64,000 bases of DNA. Source: Gammaproteobacteria bacterium (GTDB taxonomy: Bacteria > Actinomycetota > Acidimicrobiia > Spongiisociales > UBA4744). The position numbers and the translations under genes are program-made. Shown piece after piece: positions 40,213 to 48,573 of this stretch (within the stretch, counting starts at the first letter, position 1; every line of letters begins with the position of its first letter). The notes beneath the pieces are model-generated. The model saw only the letters and a program-made list of their open reading frames with translations. It had not been told where the DNA came from and searched no databases. The stretch covers positions 1,314 through 65,313 of the forward strand of contig JAACED010000002.1 of the NCBI GenBank assembly GCA_011682695.1, in the 5' to 3' direction.

Positions 40213-41439
40213 GTGATCCCACCCTCTCGCGTCGGCGTTCCGTCGGTCCATGTGGCTTGGCGCGCGGTCGTCCCGGCCTTTGCGACAGTGACGGTGAGCG
40301 TCCTTCCGGGCTTCCTGACAGCCGGTCTGGCCGTCCAGATCAGCAAGGACATCGGTCTCGGCCTCACCGGGTTGGGAGTGGTGATCGGGATCTTCTTCGC
40401 CGCCTCTGCGGTGGGATCCCCACTGATGGGGGCGTTGGTCCAACGAGCGGGCTGGGCTCGTGGCTTGCGGTTGTCAAGCTTCATGGCGGCCATCGCGCTG
40501 GCGGGAATCGCCTTCGCTGCGCCAACACCCTTCGCATTCGGCGCGTGGTTCATCCTCGGTGGGTTGGCCGCCTCGCTGGCGCAACCTGCTGCGAATCTCA
40601 CCGTTGCTCGCTGCGTCGGTGCCCGGCGCCGGGGGTTCCTGTTCGGCGCGAAACACGCATCCGTTCCCGCCGCGACGCTCCTCGGTGGCTTGGCAGTGCC
40701 GGTGGTGGCGCTGACGGTCGGATGGGAATGGGCGTTCTGGGGAGGGTCGGCTCTCGCTCTTCTGACCGCGCTTGCGGTTCCGCTCAGATGCGCCGACCAC
40801 GAAGTCGATTCCCCGAGCCGCACCGCCGAGAAGGTCGGACGCCCGAGCACACCCCTCTGGTTGTTGATTGCTCTCGCCATCGCCGGGATGCTCGGCATCG
40901 GCGGGATCGACGCCCTCACCTCGTTCACCGTCACCTACGCCGTGAACACTGGCTTCGATGAGAGCGCCGCCGGACTCTTGCTGGCCGGCGGCAGCCTGGC
41001 CGGCATCGCAGCACGGCTGATCGCCGGATGGTTGATCGACCGAACCGACCGCGCCGACCTCACCGCCGTCGCATCGATGTTGACCGTGGGCGCCCTGGGC
41101 GTGGCCGGTATCGCCATCGGGACACATGCCGGGCTCATCCTCGGCGGTCTGATGGCGTTTGGCGCCGGATGGGGGTGGTCAGGGCTCTTCACCTTCGCGA
41201 TCGTCAAGGACAATCCCGAGGCCCCTGCCACGGCCACCGGAATCACGCAGTCAGGTGTCTTCTTGGGAGCGGCGATAGGCCCTCCCATCTTCGGCTTGGT
41301 GGCAGACGGAATCTCATTTGCCGCTGCCTGGTGGGCAACCGGAGCCGCACTGGTTGCAGCGGCCGCCATCATCCTTTTCGTGCGTAGCCGCCGCCACACG
41401 CACCTAGGGTTGGCGTCGACATGGCGGGCTGCCACATGA
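40213..41439 (+). CDS. MFS transporter
   Basis: About 12 TM segments; motif-A-like GALVQRAGW and GWLIDRTDR. Confidence 0.85.
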   Translation: MIPPSRVGVPSVHVAWRAVVPAFATVTVSVLPGFLTAGLAVQISKDIGLGLTGLGVVIGIFFAASAVGSPLMGALVQRAGWARGLRLSSFMAAIALAGIAFAAPTPFAFGAWFILGGLAASLAQPAANLTVARCVGARRRGFLFGAKHASVPAATLLGGLAVPVVALTVGWEWAFWGGSALALLTALAVPLRCADHEVDSPSRTAEKVGRPSTPLWLLIALAIAGMLGIGGIDALTSFTVTYAVNTGFDESAAGLLLAGGSLAGIAARLIAGWLIDRTDRADLTAVASMLTVGALGVAGIAIGTHAGLILGGLMAFGAGWGWSGLFTFAIVKDNPEAPATATGITQSGVFLGAAIGPPIFGLVADGISFAAAWWATGAALVAAAAIILFVRSRRHTHLGLASTWRAAT

Positions 41440-41601
41440 ACGCAGAGCAGGGATCTCCGACACTTCGCGAGCGACGACTCGCCAAGACATATGGAGAGCC
41501 ACAGAGACTTCCTATCCATTCGTTCCGCAGACGACCGGCTGGAGAACACATGCCGGGCGATCCGGTGACCCGCCGCAATTGTTACCCGATGGGTTCAGAT
41601 C

Positions 41602-42501
41602 ATGAGTGACTACCACCTGCACCTGCATCCTCACTTCCCAACCCCTGATGCGCCACCCATGGGCGTCTATCCACCCGGTTACATCGATCGATACGTGGAC
41701 ACGGCCCTGTCTCGAGGGGTCACCGAACTCGGCTTCACGGAGCATCTCTACCGGTGCGTCGAATCCGCGCCGGTCCTGGGCACATGGTGGAAGCACGACC
41801 CCGACCCCCGGTTGTCGGCCGAGATGGAGCAGATCGTCGCACGCGAACGCAACCTGTCGCTCGACGCGTACGTCGACGTGGTGCTCGATGCGAAACAACG
41901 GGGTCTCCCGGTCAAGCTCGGTCTCGAGGTCGACTTCCAGCCGGGAACCGTTGGTCCCGTGCTGGAGCTGCTCGGAGGCTATCCGTTCGACTTTCTGATC
42001 GGTTCCGTTCATTGGATCGATGCCTGGGCCGTCGACCGCGCATCCGCGGCCCCGGAGTTCGCCAAACGTGGAGCACGACTCGCGTACGAGCAGTACTTCG
42101 AACTCGAAACCGAGCTCGCCGCCTCGGGCATGGTCGACGTCCTGGCCCATGCCGACGTCATCAAGAAGATCGGGATCCGCCCGGAGGGGCCCCTCGACGA
42201 CCTGTACGCCCCGCTGGTGGCTGCGGCGGCCACCGCCGGTGTGGCAGTCGAAGTTTCGAGTGCCGGCCTGCGTAAACCGGTTGCCGAGATCTACCCCGCG
42301 CCGCGCCTCCTCCGGAGTTTCCACACGGCCGGCGTTCCCATCACCCTGGCCAGCGATGCCCACGCCCCCCATGAAGCCGCCTGGGGGCACATCGAGGTCG
42401 TGCAGGCCGCCAGAGCCGCCGGATACACGCATCATTTGCGATTCACCGCCCGCAACGGATACGAGCTGCCCCTACCACATCGAATCGGAGAGAGCCCATG
42501 A
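41602..42501 (+). CDS. PHP-family phosphatase (histidinol-phosphatase HisJ-like)
   Basis: DYHLH, FTEH, GLEVD, GSVH, LAHAD, SDAH. Confidence 0.88.
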   Translation: MSDYHLHLHPHFPTPDAPPMGVYPPGYIDRYVDTALSRGVTELGFTEHLYRCVESAPVLGTWWKHDPDPRLSAEMEQIVARERNLSLDAYVDVVLDAKQRGLPVKLGLEVDFQPGTVGPVLELLGGYPFDFLIGSVHWIDAWAVDRASAAPEFAKRGARLAYEQYFELETELAASGMVDVLAHADVIKKIGIRPEGPLDDLYAPLVAAAATAGVAVEVSSAGLRKPVAEIYPAPRLLRSFHTAGVPITLASDAHAPHEAAWGHIEVVQAARAAGYTHHLRFTARNGYELPLPHRIGESP

Positions 42502-43334
42502 GAGTGTCGTTCAAGACCCGGCCTCAACACACCGAATGGAAGCCGATGATCGACTTCTGGCTCGAGGCCGATCGCATCGATCTGTACTCCGCCGGTTGGA
42601 CCTTCGACCACTTCTACCCCATCTTCTCCGACCCCACCGGACCCTGCTTCGAAGCATGGACCATGCTGTCCTATCTGGCGGCGGCAACGAATCGGATACG
42701 CCTCGGTGTGCTCGTCACCGGAAACACGCACCGGCATCCGGCGCTGCTCGCGAACATGGCGGCGACGCTGGACGTCGCATCGCAAGGTCGTCTGGAAATC
42801 GGCCTCGGCGCCGGATGGAGTGAAGAGGAACACGCGGCCTACGGAATACCCCTACCTCCCTGGCCGGAACGATTCGACCGGCTCGCAGAGTCCTGCGAGA
42901 TCATCCACAGCCTCTTGACGCGCGAGCGCACGACCTTCAGGGGAACGCACTACCGGCTCACGGATGCCCTGTGCGAACCGAAGCCGATTCAGAAGCCACG
43001 CCCACCTCTGGTGATCGGGGGCAAGGGCGAGAAGCGGACCCTTCGTATCGCCGCGCGATGGGCCGACCAGTGGAACTTCCCGTTCGGAGAACCGGCAGAA
43101 CTCCGCCACAAGATCGACGTGCTGCACGCCCACTGCGCCGACATCGGGAGGGACCCGTCGCAGATCGAGGTCTCAGTGAAGGCGGAAGCTACCGAAGAAC
43201 CGGCCGCCTTCGCCGAGCTCGCCGCCGCCTATCGAGAAGCGGGAGCTCAGCACATCATCGTCCACTTCCCGGCGCCTCATGATCCGGCGACGCTGGGAGC
43301 CTACGCCGAGAGCCTTGCGCAGGCGGTCCGATAA
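42498..43334 (+). CDS. LLM-class F420-dependent oxidoreductase (TIGR03560-like)
   Basis: FDHFYP, FEAWTMLSYLAA, GRLEIGLGAGW..EEH, PKP.QKPRPP..IGG.GEK.TL. Confidence 0.87.
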   Translation: MRVSFKTRPQHTEWKPMIDFWLEADRIDLYSAGWTFDHFYPIFSDPTGPCFEAWTMLSYLAAATNRIRLGVLVTGNTHRHPALLANMAATLDVASQGRLEIGLGAGWSEEEHAAYGIPLPPWPERFDRLAESCEIIHSLLTRERTTFRGTHYRLTDALCEPKPIQKPRPPLVIGGKGEKRTLRIAARWADQWNFPFGEPAELRHKIDVLHAHCADIGRDPSQIEVSVKAEATEEPAAFAELAAAYREAGAQHIIVHFPAPHDPATLGAYAESLAQAVR

Positions 43335-43349
43335 CCCAGGCCCCGCCCG

Positions 43350-43377
43350 GACATCTGTTGCCGCGGCGGTGGATGTC
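43350..43377 (+). terminator. G-U-containing hairpin after the plus-strand operon
   Basis: GACATCTGTTGCC-GC-GGCGGTGGATGTC pairs fully only as plus-strand RNA; lies between convergent genes. Confidence 0.4.
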
Positions 43378-43400
43378 GGTTCTGACTCGTCTCGCGACAA

Positions 43401-45560
43401 TCAGGCGCGGCCGGCCGCCACCTCGTCGGCGCGGTTGCGGTCGGCAAGAAGGATCAGGTCCTCGTGAAGCTCGAACCAGACGCCGTGGTAGCTGTCCACT
43501 CTGGGTGAGGCGATGTAGAGATGCTCGCCGGCGTGAACGAGAGCCGCCGCCCGCTCCAACCGCTCAAAGTAGGAATCGAGTCGAGGGAGTCCATCGGTGA
43601 GCGATTGGAGCAGCGCGGCAGCGTCTTGGTGCAGGGAACCGAACTCGGCCAGCACCGACGCGTCGTAGGACGGGTCGGAGTGATCGTTCAGCAGCTGCCG
43701 ACCTTCGACCTTGCGCATCTGCCAGGAGGTCACGATCTCCTTCAGCCTGCAGTCGAGCAGCAGAAACGCGTCGAGTGCCTCTACGGCATTCTCCATTCCC
43801 CAGGACTCCCGATCGGCGTTGATCAGCTCTCTACCGAGAGTCTTGCCTTCCGCGGTCAGCTGGAACATGCCGCCTGAGGACTCGACGAGTCCCTCGGCAG
43901 TCATCCGATCGAGGATCTGGCTCGCTTCTTCCTCTGTCGTAAAGAATGTGGACGCGATACCGTCCGGCATCGCAAAGCCCTTGATGAGAAGAGCTCGAAC
44001 GACCATCTCGACCGTCAGCTCACCCTCCCTCGAGGTGTCGCTGGACTCCTCGGACGTGTCGCCGCCCTCTTCGGAGGTGTCGCCGCCCTCACCCGAAGCC
44101 GGAATCTCGATCCCGAGCTCCCGCGCCCAGGAAAGCAACTTCTCCACCTCGGGAACGATCGTCTCACTGCTCGAGACCGAACCGGCGAATACCTCACCGC
44201 TGCCGCCATCGATTGTCAACATGTCGCCGGCGGCGAACACGCGATCACCGATGGATACCGTTCCATCCCCGACCTTCACCTCGGATACGCCGACGACTGC
44301 CGGGATTCCCCATCCTCTGGCGACCACTGCCGCGTGGCTGGCAAGGCCGCCGGTCGAAGTCAAGATTCCGGCTGCCCTGGCCATGCCGTGAACATCATCG
44401 GGCGACGTTTCTCGACGGACGAGGATCACGCTTCGGCCGGCATCGGCCACGGCAACAGCGGCCTCGGGCGTCGTAGCGATCTCGCCCGTCGCCATACCCG
44501 GCGATGCCGCGAGGCCGGTCGCCACGAGTCGAGCGTCCGCGGGCCGCGCGCCGGCCGTCGTCGGGGGATCCTCCAGGTAGCGGGCAACCCGCCGGACGGC
44601 TTCTGAGCGAGAGAGAGGAAAGTCGTCGTCCTCTGACATCTCGACCGCGATCCGCAGGGCAGCCTGCGGGCTCCGCTTGCCGACCCGAACCTGGAGCAAC
44701 CAGAGTCGACCTTGCTCGATCGTGAACTCGATATCGCACAGATCGACGAAGTGGCGCTCGAGCGTGTGGGCGTATCGCCGGAGATCCTCGGCAATCGCAG
44801 GCATCCGCTCATCGAGCACCGCGATCGGCTCTGTCTGGCTCGTCCCGGCAACGACATCCTCGCCCTGCGCATCGAACATGATGTCGCCATAGAGGCAGGA
44901 CTCCCCGGTCGCGGGGTTCCTGGTGAACAGGACACCGGTGGCCGAATCGGCGCCCCGATTCCCGAACACCATGGCCTGCACCGTCACCCCCGTCCCGAGG
45001 TCGTCGGCGATGCACTCGCGTGCCCGGTAGCTTCTGGCCCTGTCACTGTTCCAGGAACGGAAGACTGCCTCGATCGCACCGCGGAGCTGTTGCCACGGGT
45101 CAACGGGGACGATCTCCACACCGACGATCTGTCGATACATCGTCGAGAAGCGGTCCCGACACGCCTCGACAAAGCCGCTGTCACCCGACACGGCGGCGAG
45201 CCCTTGCGCCGTCGCGTCATTGAGACCGAGGTTCAGAATCGTGTCCATCATCCCCGGCATCGAGACTGGTGCACCGGAGCGGACGCTCACGAGCAGAGGA
45301 TCCGTCGAACTGCCGAACTGCCGTCCCATCGCAGCCTCCACTCGACGCAGGTGCTCGCGGATCTCCTCATCGAGCCCCTCGGGCCATCCCCCGGCCAGGT
45401 ACGCGCGGCACGCCTCTGTCGAGATCGTGAAGCTGGGAGGTACCGGGAGGCCAAGCTCGCCGGCCATCACGGCGATGTTGGCCGCTTTCCCCCCGATGAC
45501 GGTCTTGACCTCGGCATGTGGCAGATCGTGCGGGTGGTCGAAGGCAAAGACGTAGGGCAC
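43401..45560 (-). CDS. Truncated pyruvate,phosphate-dikinase-like protein (ATP-grasp + His-swivel) fused to a C-terminal winged-helix domain
   Basis: GTG 45560 with RBS. GGKAAN, SVRSGAPVSMPGMMDT, AQGEDVVAG, DIEFTIE and LQVR (ATP-grasp); GGLASHAAVVAR (phospho-His). No pyruvate-binding TIM barrel; C-terminal about 190 aa ending DSYHGVWFELHEDL. Confidence 0.88.
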   Translation of the reverse strand: MPYVFAFDHPHDLPHAEVKTVIGGKAANIAVMAGELGLPVPPSFTISTEACRAYLAGGWPEGLDEEIREHLRRVEAAMGRQFGSSTDPLLVSVRSGAPVSMPGMMDTILNLGLNDATAQGLAAVSGDSGFVEACRDRFSTMYRQIVGVEIVPVDPWQQLRGAIEAVFRSWNSDRARSYRARECIADDLGTGVTVQAMVFGNRGADSATGVLFTRNPATGESCLYGDIMFDAQGEDVVAGTSQTEPIAVLDERMPAIAEDLRRYAHTLERHFVDLCDIEFTIEQGRLWLLQVRVGKRSPQAALRIAVEMSEDDDFPLSRSEAVRRVARYLEDPPTTAGARPADARLVATGLAASPGMATGEIATTPEAAVAVADAGRSVILVRRETSPDDVHGMARAAGILTSTGGLASHAAVVARGWGIPAVVGVSEVKVGDGTVSIGDRVFAAGDMLTIDGGSGEVFAGSVSSSETIVPEVEKLLSWARELGIEIPASGEGGDTSEEGGDTSEESSDTSREGELTVEMVVRALLIKGFAMPDGIASTFFTTEEEASQILDRMTAEGLVESSGGMFQLTAEGKTLGRELINADRESWGMENAVEALDAFLLLDCRLKEIVTSWQMRKVEGRQLLNDHSDPSYDASVLAEFGSLHQDAAALLQSLTDGLPRLDSYFERLERAAALVHAGEHLYIASPRVDSYHGVWFELHEDLILLADRNRADEVAAGRA
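44032..44094 (-). repeat. In-frame 21-bp x3 tandem repeat encoding the fusion linker
   Basis: Encodes GGDTSEE-GGDTSEE-SSDTSRE between the His domain and the C-terminal domain. Confidence 0.8.
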
Positions 45561-45574
45561 GTTCTCTCCGATCT

Positions 45575-45622
45575 TCGATAATCGATTACCCGAGACTACG
45601 CGTCTTGCCATCCCAGCGTCAA
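45575..45622 (-). promoter_or_regulatory. Sigma70-type promoter plus palindromic operator (site B)
   Basis: Minus strand: TTGACG (45622-17), N18, TAGTCT (45598-93), N7, TCGATTATCGA (45585-75), then RBS and GTG. Confidence 0.78.
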
Positions 45623-45732
45623 CCTGGAATCGAACCGAGAACGAATGAAGCCAAAACCCGAATGAGCCCTCCTTCGGACCGTGACAGCCGGGCCTGCCAC
45701 GCCCGAGGCTACCGGCGGATCGGCGTCTGATG

Positions 45733-46098
45733 GGTCCCTCCCCTCCCCCAGGAGGCCCGCCTCCCGGCTGACGCCGTACTTCCCTTTCCGGCTGACGCCG
45801 TACTTCCCTTTCCGGCTGACGCCGGCCCCCCTCCCGGCTTCGCCGTACTCCCCCCAACGCTCGCTTCGCTCGCTGGGGGGAGAAACGGGCCGCTTCGCTC
45901 GCTGGGGGGAGAAACGGGCCGCTTCGCTCTCTGGGGGGAGAAACGGGCCGACCGTCTCCTCCCCCAGGAGGCCCGAAGGGCCGACGTTGGGGGAGGTGTC
46001 CCGCAGGGACGGAGGGGGTGCCGGGAGGTGTCCTCGGCGCTCTGGCCGAGGACGGAGGGGGTCTTGGGCCAGCACCAACAACCCCCCTCCCGGCTTCG
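45733..46098. repeat. REP/BIME-like palindromic repeat cluster, locus 3, with internal tandem amplifications
   Basis: Same modules as loci 1 and 2, plus 24-bp x2.5 (CCGGCTGACGCCGTACTTCCCTTT, 45764-45824) and 29-bp x3 (CGCTTCGCTCGCTGGGGGGAGAAACGGGC, 45862-45948). Confidence 0.9.
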
Positions 46099-46121
46099 TC
46101 GGTCACGTACCGGCGTTGCTC

Positions 46122-46607
46122 CTACACGTCGTTGTCGACGAGCGCCAAGAGTTCGGGGATTCGCTGCGTGAGCGCTTCGGCGATGCGGTCGCGGACCTCC
46201 CTGTGGAACTCGAGGTCCTCGCCTCGCGGGTCGAGCACAGGTTTCCCGTCGGGATGGAGCATCTGCACCTTGCCCTCCAACACGGGGTATTTCGCCACCA
46301 GGCGCTCCACCTGACCCTGTTCCATGCAATACACACGAGTCGCTCTCTCGGCGAGCTTTCGGTTCATCCGCCTGGACCGGTGGCTTCGCAGGTCGACGCC
46401 TACTTCATCACCGGCGACGACGGCAAGGCGTCCCGCGCGCAGACGAGGAGGAGCTTTCGTACCCACCGATGTCACTTCGATGCCACGATCCCCCAATTCG
46501 GTCTCGGAGATCCCCAACGCCTCGGCCAGATGTTGACGGGCCAGACCGGCGGCGAGCGGTGATCTGCCGATGTTGCCCGTGCAGACGAACACGAACGTCT
46601 GGCTCAC
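46122..46607 (-). CDS. Low-molecular-weight phosphatase (LMW-PTP/ArsC fold)
   Basis: FVCTGNIGRS (CX5R P-loop), SAG-like region, HRSR, and the general-acid DP. Confidence 0.85.
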   Translation of the reverse strand: MSQTFVFVCTGNIGRSPLAAGLARQHLAEALGISETELGDRGIEVTSVGTKAPPRLRAGRLAVVAGDEVGVDLRSHRSRRMNRKLAERATRVYCMEQGQVERLVAKYPVLEGKVQMLHPDGKPVLDPRGEDLEFHREVRDRIAEALTQRIPELLALVDNDV

Positions 46608-46626
46608 GTCACATCCCCAGTCGGTA

Positions 46627-47676
46627 TCACGGTTCCACGATGACCTTGAGGGCGCCTTCGCGACGTTCGTTGAAGGTCTCGAGAGCCGTGGCGAAGTCGT
46701 CGAGAGCGAAGTGGTGGGTGATCAGCTCACGCACCCTGATGCGTCCGTCCACGACGAGCGGAATCACGTGGCGCATCTCACCGGCCGAGGCACGCACGCC
46801 CACCAGTTCATTTTCGTACAGCACGAGGTTCTGAAGAGCGAGCTCGACCCCTGCAACGGGTATGCCCACCACCGCGATTCGCCCACCCTTTCGCGCCATG
46901 CCGAGGCTCCACTGCAGCGTCTGGGGAACTCCGGCACACTCGAGGATGACATCCGCACCCAGATCGTCCGTCATGCTCCTGACCGCACGAACCGGGTCTT
47001 CGGATTCGACGTCGACGGTCTCGTTGCCGAGATCGGCGGCCTTGGCGAGTCGGCTGCCCCGGCCGGCAACGATGACGCGGCCCGCACCCCTCGCTCTTGC
47101 CGCATCCGCAGCCAGCAAACCTACCGGGCCAGGACCGATCACCACGACGGTGTCTCCCGGACGATTCCCACCCCGGTTGGCCGTGTGCAGAGCGATCGAT
47201 GCCGGATCCAGAGTGGCGCCCTCGCTGAAGGTCAGTGCATCGGGAAGGTGGAACACGCTCTTCACACCGTGCACCACATACTCGGCGAAAGAACCCTGCC
47301 AGTTGTGGCCGTATTGGCGGTGCAGACGGGGGTTCCCGTAGTTCTCACACAGGTTGTAGCGGCCCTCGACGCACTTCTGACAGAAACCGCAGGCGTCGTG
47401 AGACGTTCCTGCGACCCTGTCGCCGACGTTCCAACCGAGAAGCTCGGCTCCGGGACCCATCTCCACGACCTCGCCGGACCACTCGTGACCCGGTATGAAC
47501 GGATACGAGGGGGGCCAGAAACCCGGATAGTCGCCGCGCAGCAGGTGTGAGTCCGTGCCGCAGATGGTCACCGCGCGGACCCGGCACAGCAGCTCGAACG
47601 GACCCGGCTCCGGTTGATCGACCTCTTCTACGGAGAACCGGTTCGGTTCGGTAACGACCAGCGCTCTCATCCCCAC
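46627..47676 (-). CDS. Zn-dependent medium-chain dehydrogenase (sorbitol/threonine-DH-like)
   Basis: ICGTDSH, GHEWSG, structural Zn site CGFCQKC...C, GPGPVG. Confidence 0.92.
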   Translation of the reverse strand: MGMRALVVTEPNRFSVEEVDQPEPGPFELLCRVRAVTICGTDSHLLRGDYPGFWPPSYPFIPGHEWSGEVVEMGPGAELLGWNVGDRVAGTSHDACGFCQKCVEGRYNLCENYGNPRLHRQYGHNWQGSFAEYVVHGVKSVFHLPDALTFSEGATLDPASIALHTANRGGNRPGDTVVVIGPGPVGLLAADAARARGAGRVIVAGRGSRLAKAADLGNETVDVESEDPVRAVRSMTDDLGADVILECAGVPQTLQWSLGMARKGGRIAVVGIPVAGVELALQNLVLYENELVGVRASAGEMRHVIPLVVDGRIRVRELITHHFALDDFATALETFNERREGALKVIVEP

Positions 47677-47682
47677 CTCCTT

Positions 47683-48573
47683 CTAGATAACGGCAAGCGG
47701 ATCGATCATCGACCCGGTTGCACCGCGAATCTTGACCGGCAGCGCGACAAAGAGGAACTCGTGGACCCCCTCCTGGGCGAGCTCCTCCAAATACACGCTC
47801 TCCATGAGGTAGATGCCGGCCTCGATCAGCAGCCGGGTATGGACCGGCTGCGGGTTGGCGGGCGTGCCTCGGTCGGGCGCCGGTTGAACCTCATAGGTCT
47901 CCGTGTCGGTTCCCGTCGCGACCACACCCCGCTCGAGCAGCCATTCGGCGGTGGACGCATCGGGCCCGGCGGTTTTGTGTTCGGCCATCTTTTCACTGTC
48001 CGGCCAGAAGGCCAGGTAGCCGGTGCGGATCAGGACGGTGTCCCAAGGCCGGACTTCGACGCCTTCCCAGGCGGCGATCGCCTCGAGCTCGTCGGCACCT
48101 ACCGGCGAGCCGGCAGGCAGCGCCGCGACACCGCGATACCCGGCCGCATCCAGCAGTACTCCCCGTGTGAAGAAGGGCGGGAGCTTCTCGGCGTCGCCAA
48201 CCGACGGGCCCTTGTCGGTCAAATGCTCACCGGTGTTGCCGCCGCCATACCAGTGGTCGTCCTCACCGATGGTCATGTGGGCGAGAGCATCGACATGAGC
48301 CCCCGAGTGGGAGGTGGCCATCACGTATTCGGCCATATACCCGAGGCCCACCTCGTTCGGAGGTCCCCACGGTTGGGCGCCCTCGGCGCGAATCCCCGGT
48401 GGGGTCCGGTAGTTGAGAACCTGAAAGGGCGGATGACCCGGGAAGAGAGGCATGCCCGGGAACCGTGAGGTGGCCAGCGAGAACCACCGGCCTTCCTTCA
48501 CCAGTCGTGCTGCCTCGACGATCTTGCCGGCAGGCATGTTCGCGATCGGTCCGACTTCTTCGTAGACAGTCAT
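47683..48573 (-). CDS. Cyclase-family metal-dependent amidohydrolase (kynurenine-formamidase-like)
   Basis: SHSGAHVDALAH (HxGxHxDxxxH), RGVLLD, LIRTG, ME...L..L, GATGS..P.A; start ATG 48573. Confidence 0.88.
   Translation of the reverse strand: MTVYEEVGPIANMPAGKIVEAARLVKEGRWFSLATSRFPGMPLFPGHPPFQVLNYRTPPGIRAEGAQPWGPPNEVGLGYMAEYVMATSHSGAHVDALAHMTIGEDDHWYGGGNTGEHLTDKGPSVGDAEKLPPFFTRGVLLDAAGYRGVAALPAGSPVGADELEAIAAWEGVEVRPWDTVLIRTGYLAFWPDSEKMAEHKTAGPDASTAEWLLERGVVATGTDTETYEVQPAPDRGTPANPQPVHTRLLIEAGIYLMESVYLEELAQEGVHEFLFVALPVKIRGATGSMIDPLAVI

Noticed and set aside
41436-41609. 57-codon ORF coupled to the MFS stop
   Set aside because: Many A/T-ending codons, unlike real genes here; more likely a non-coding promoter region
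45561-46106. N-terminal extension making the PPDK-like ORF 901 aa
   Set aside because: The extension runs through promoter/operator B and the GC-rich repeat cluster, giving Pro/Arg/Gly-rich junk. Homology-like sequence begins at GTG 45560, which has an RBS.
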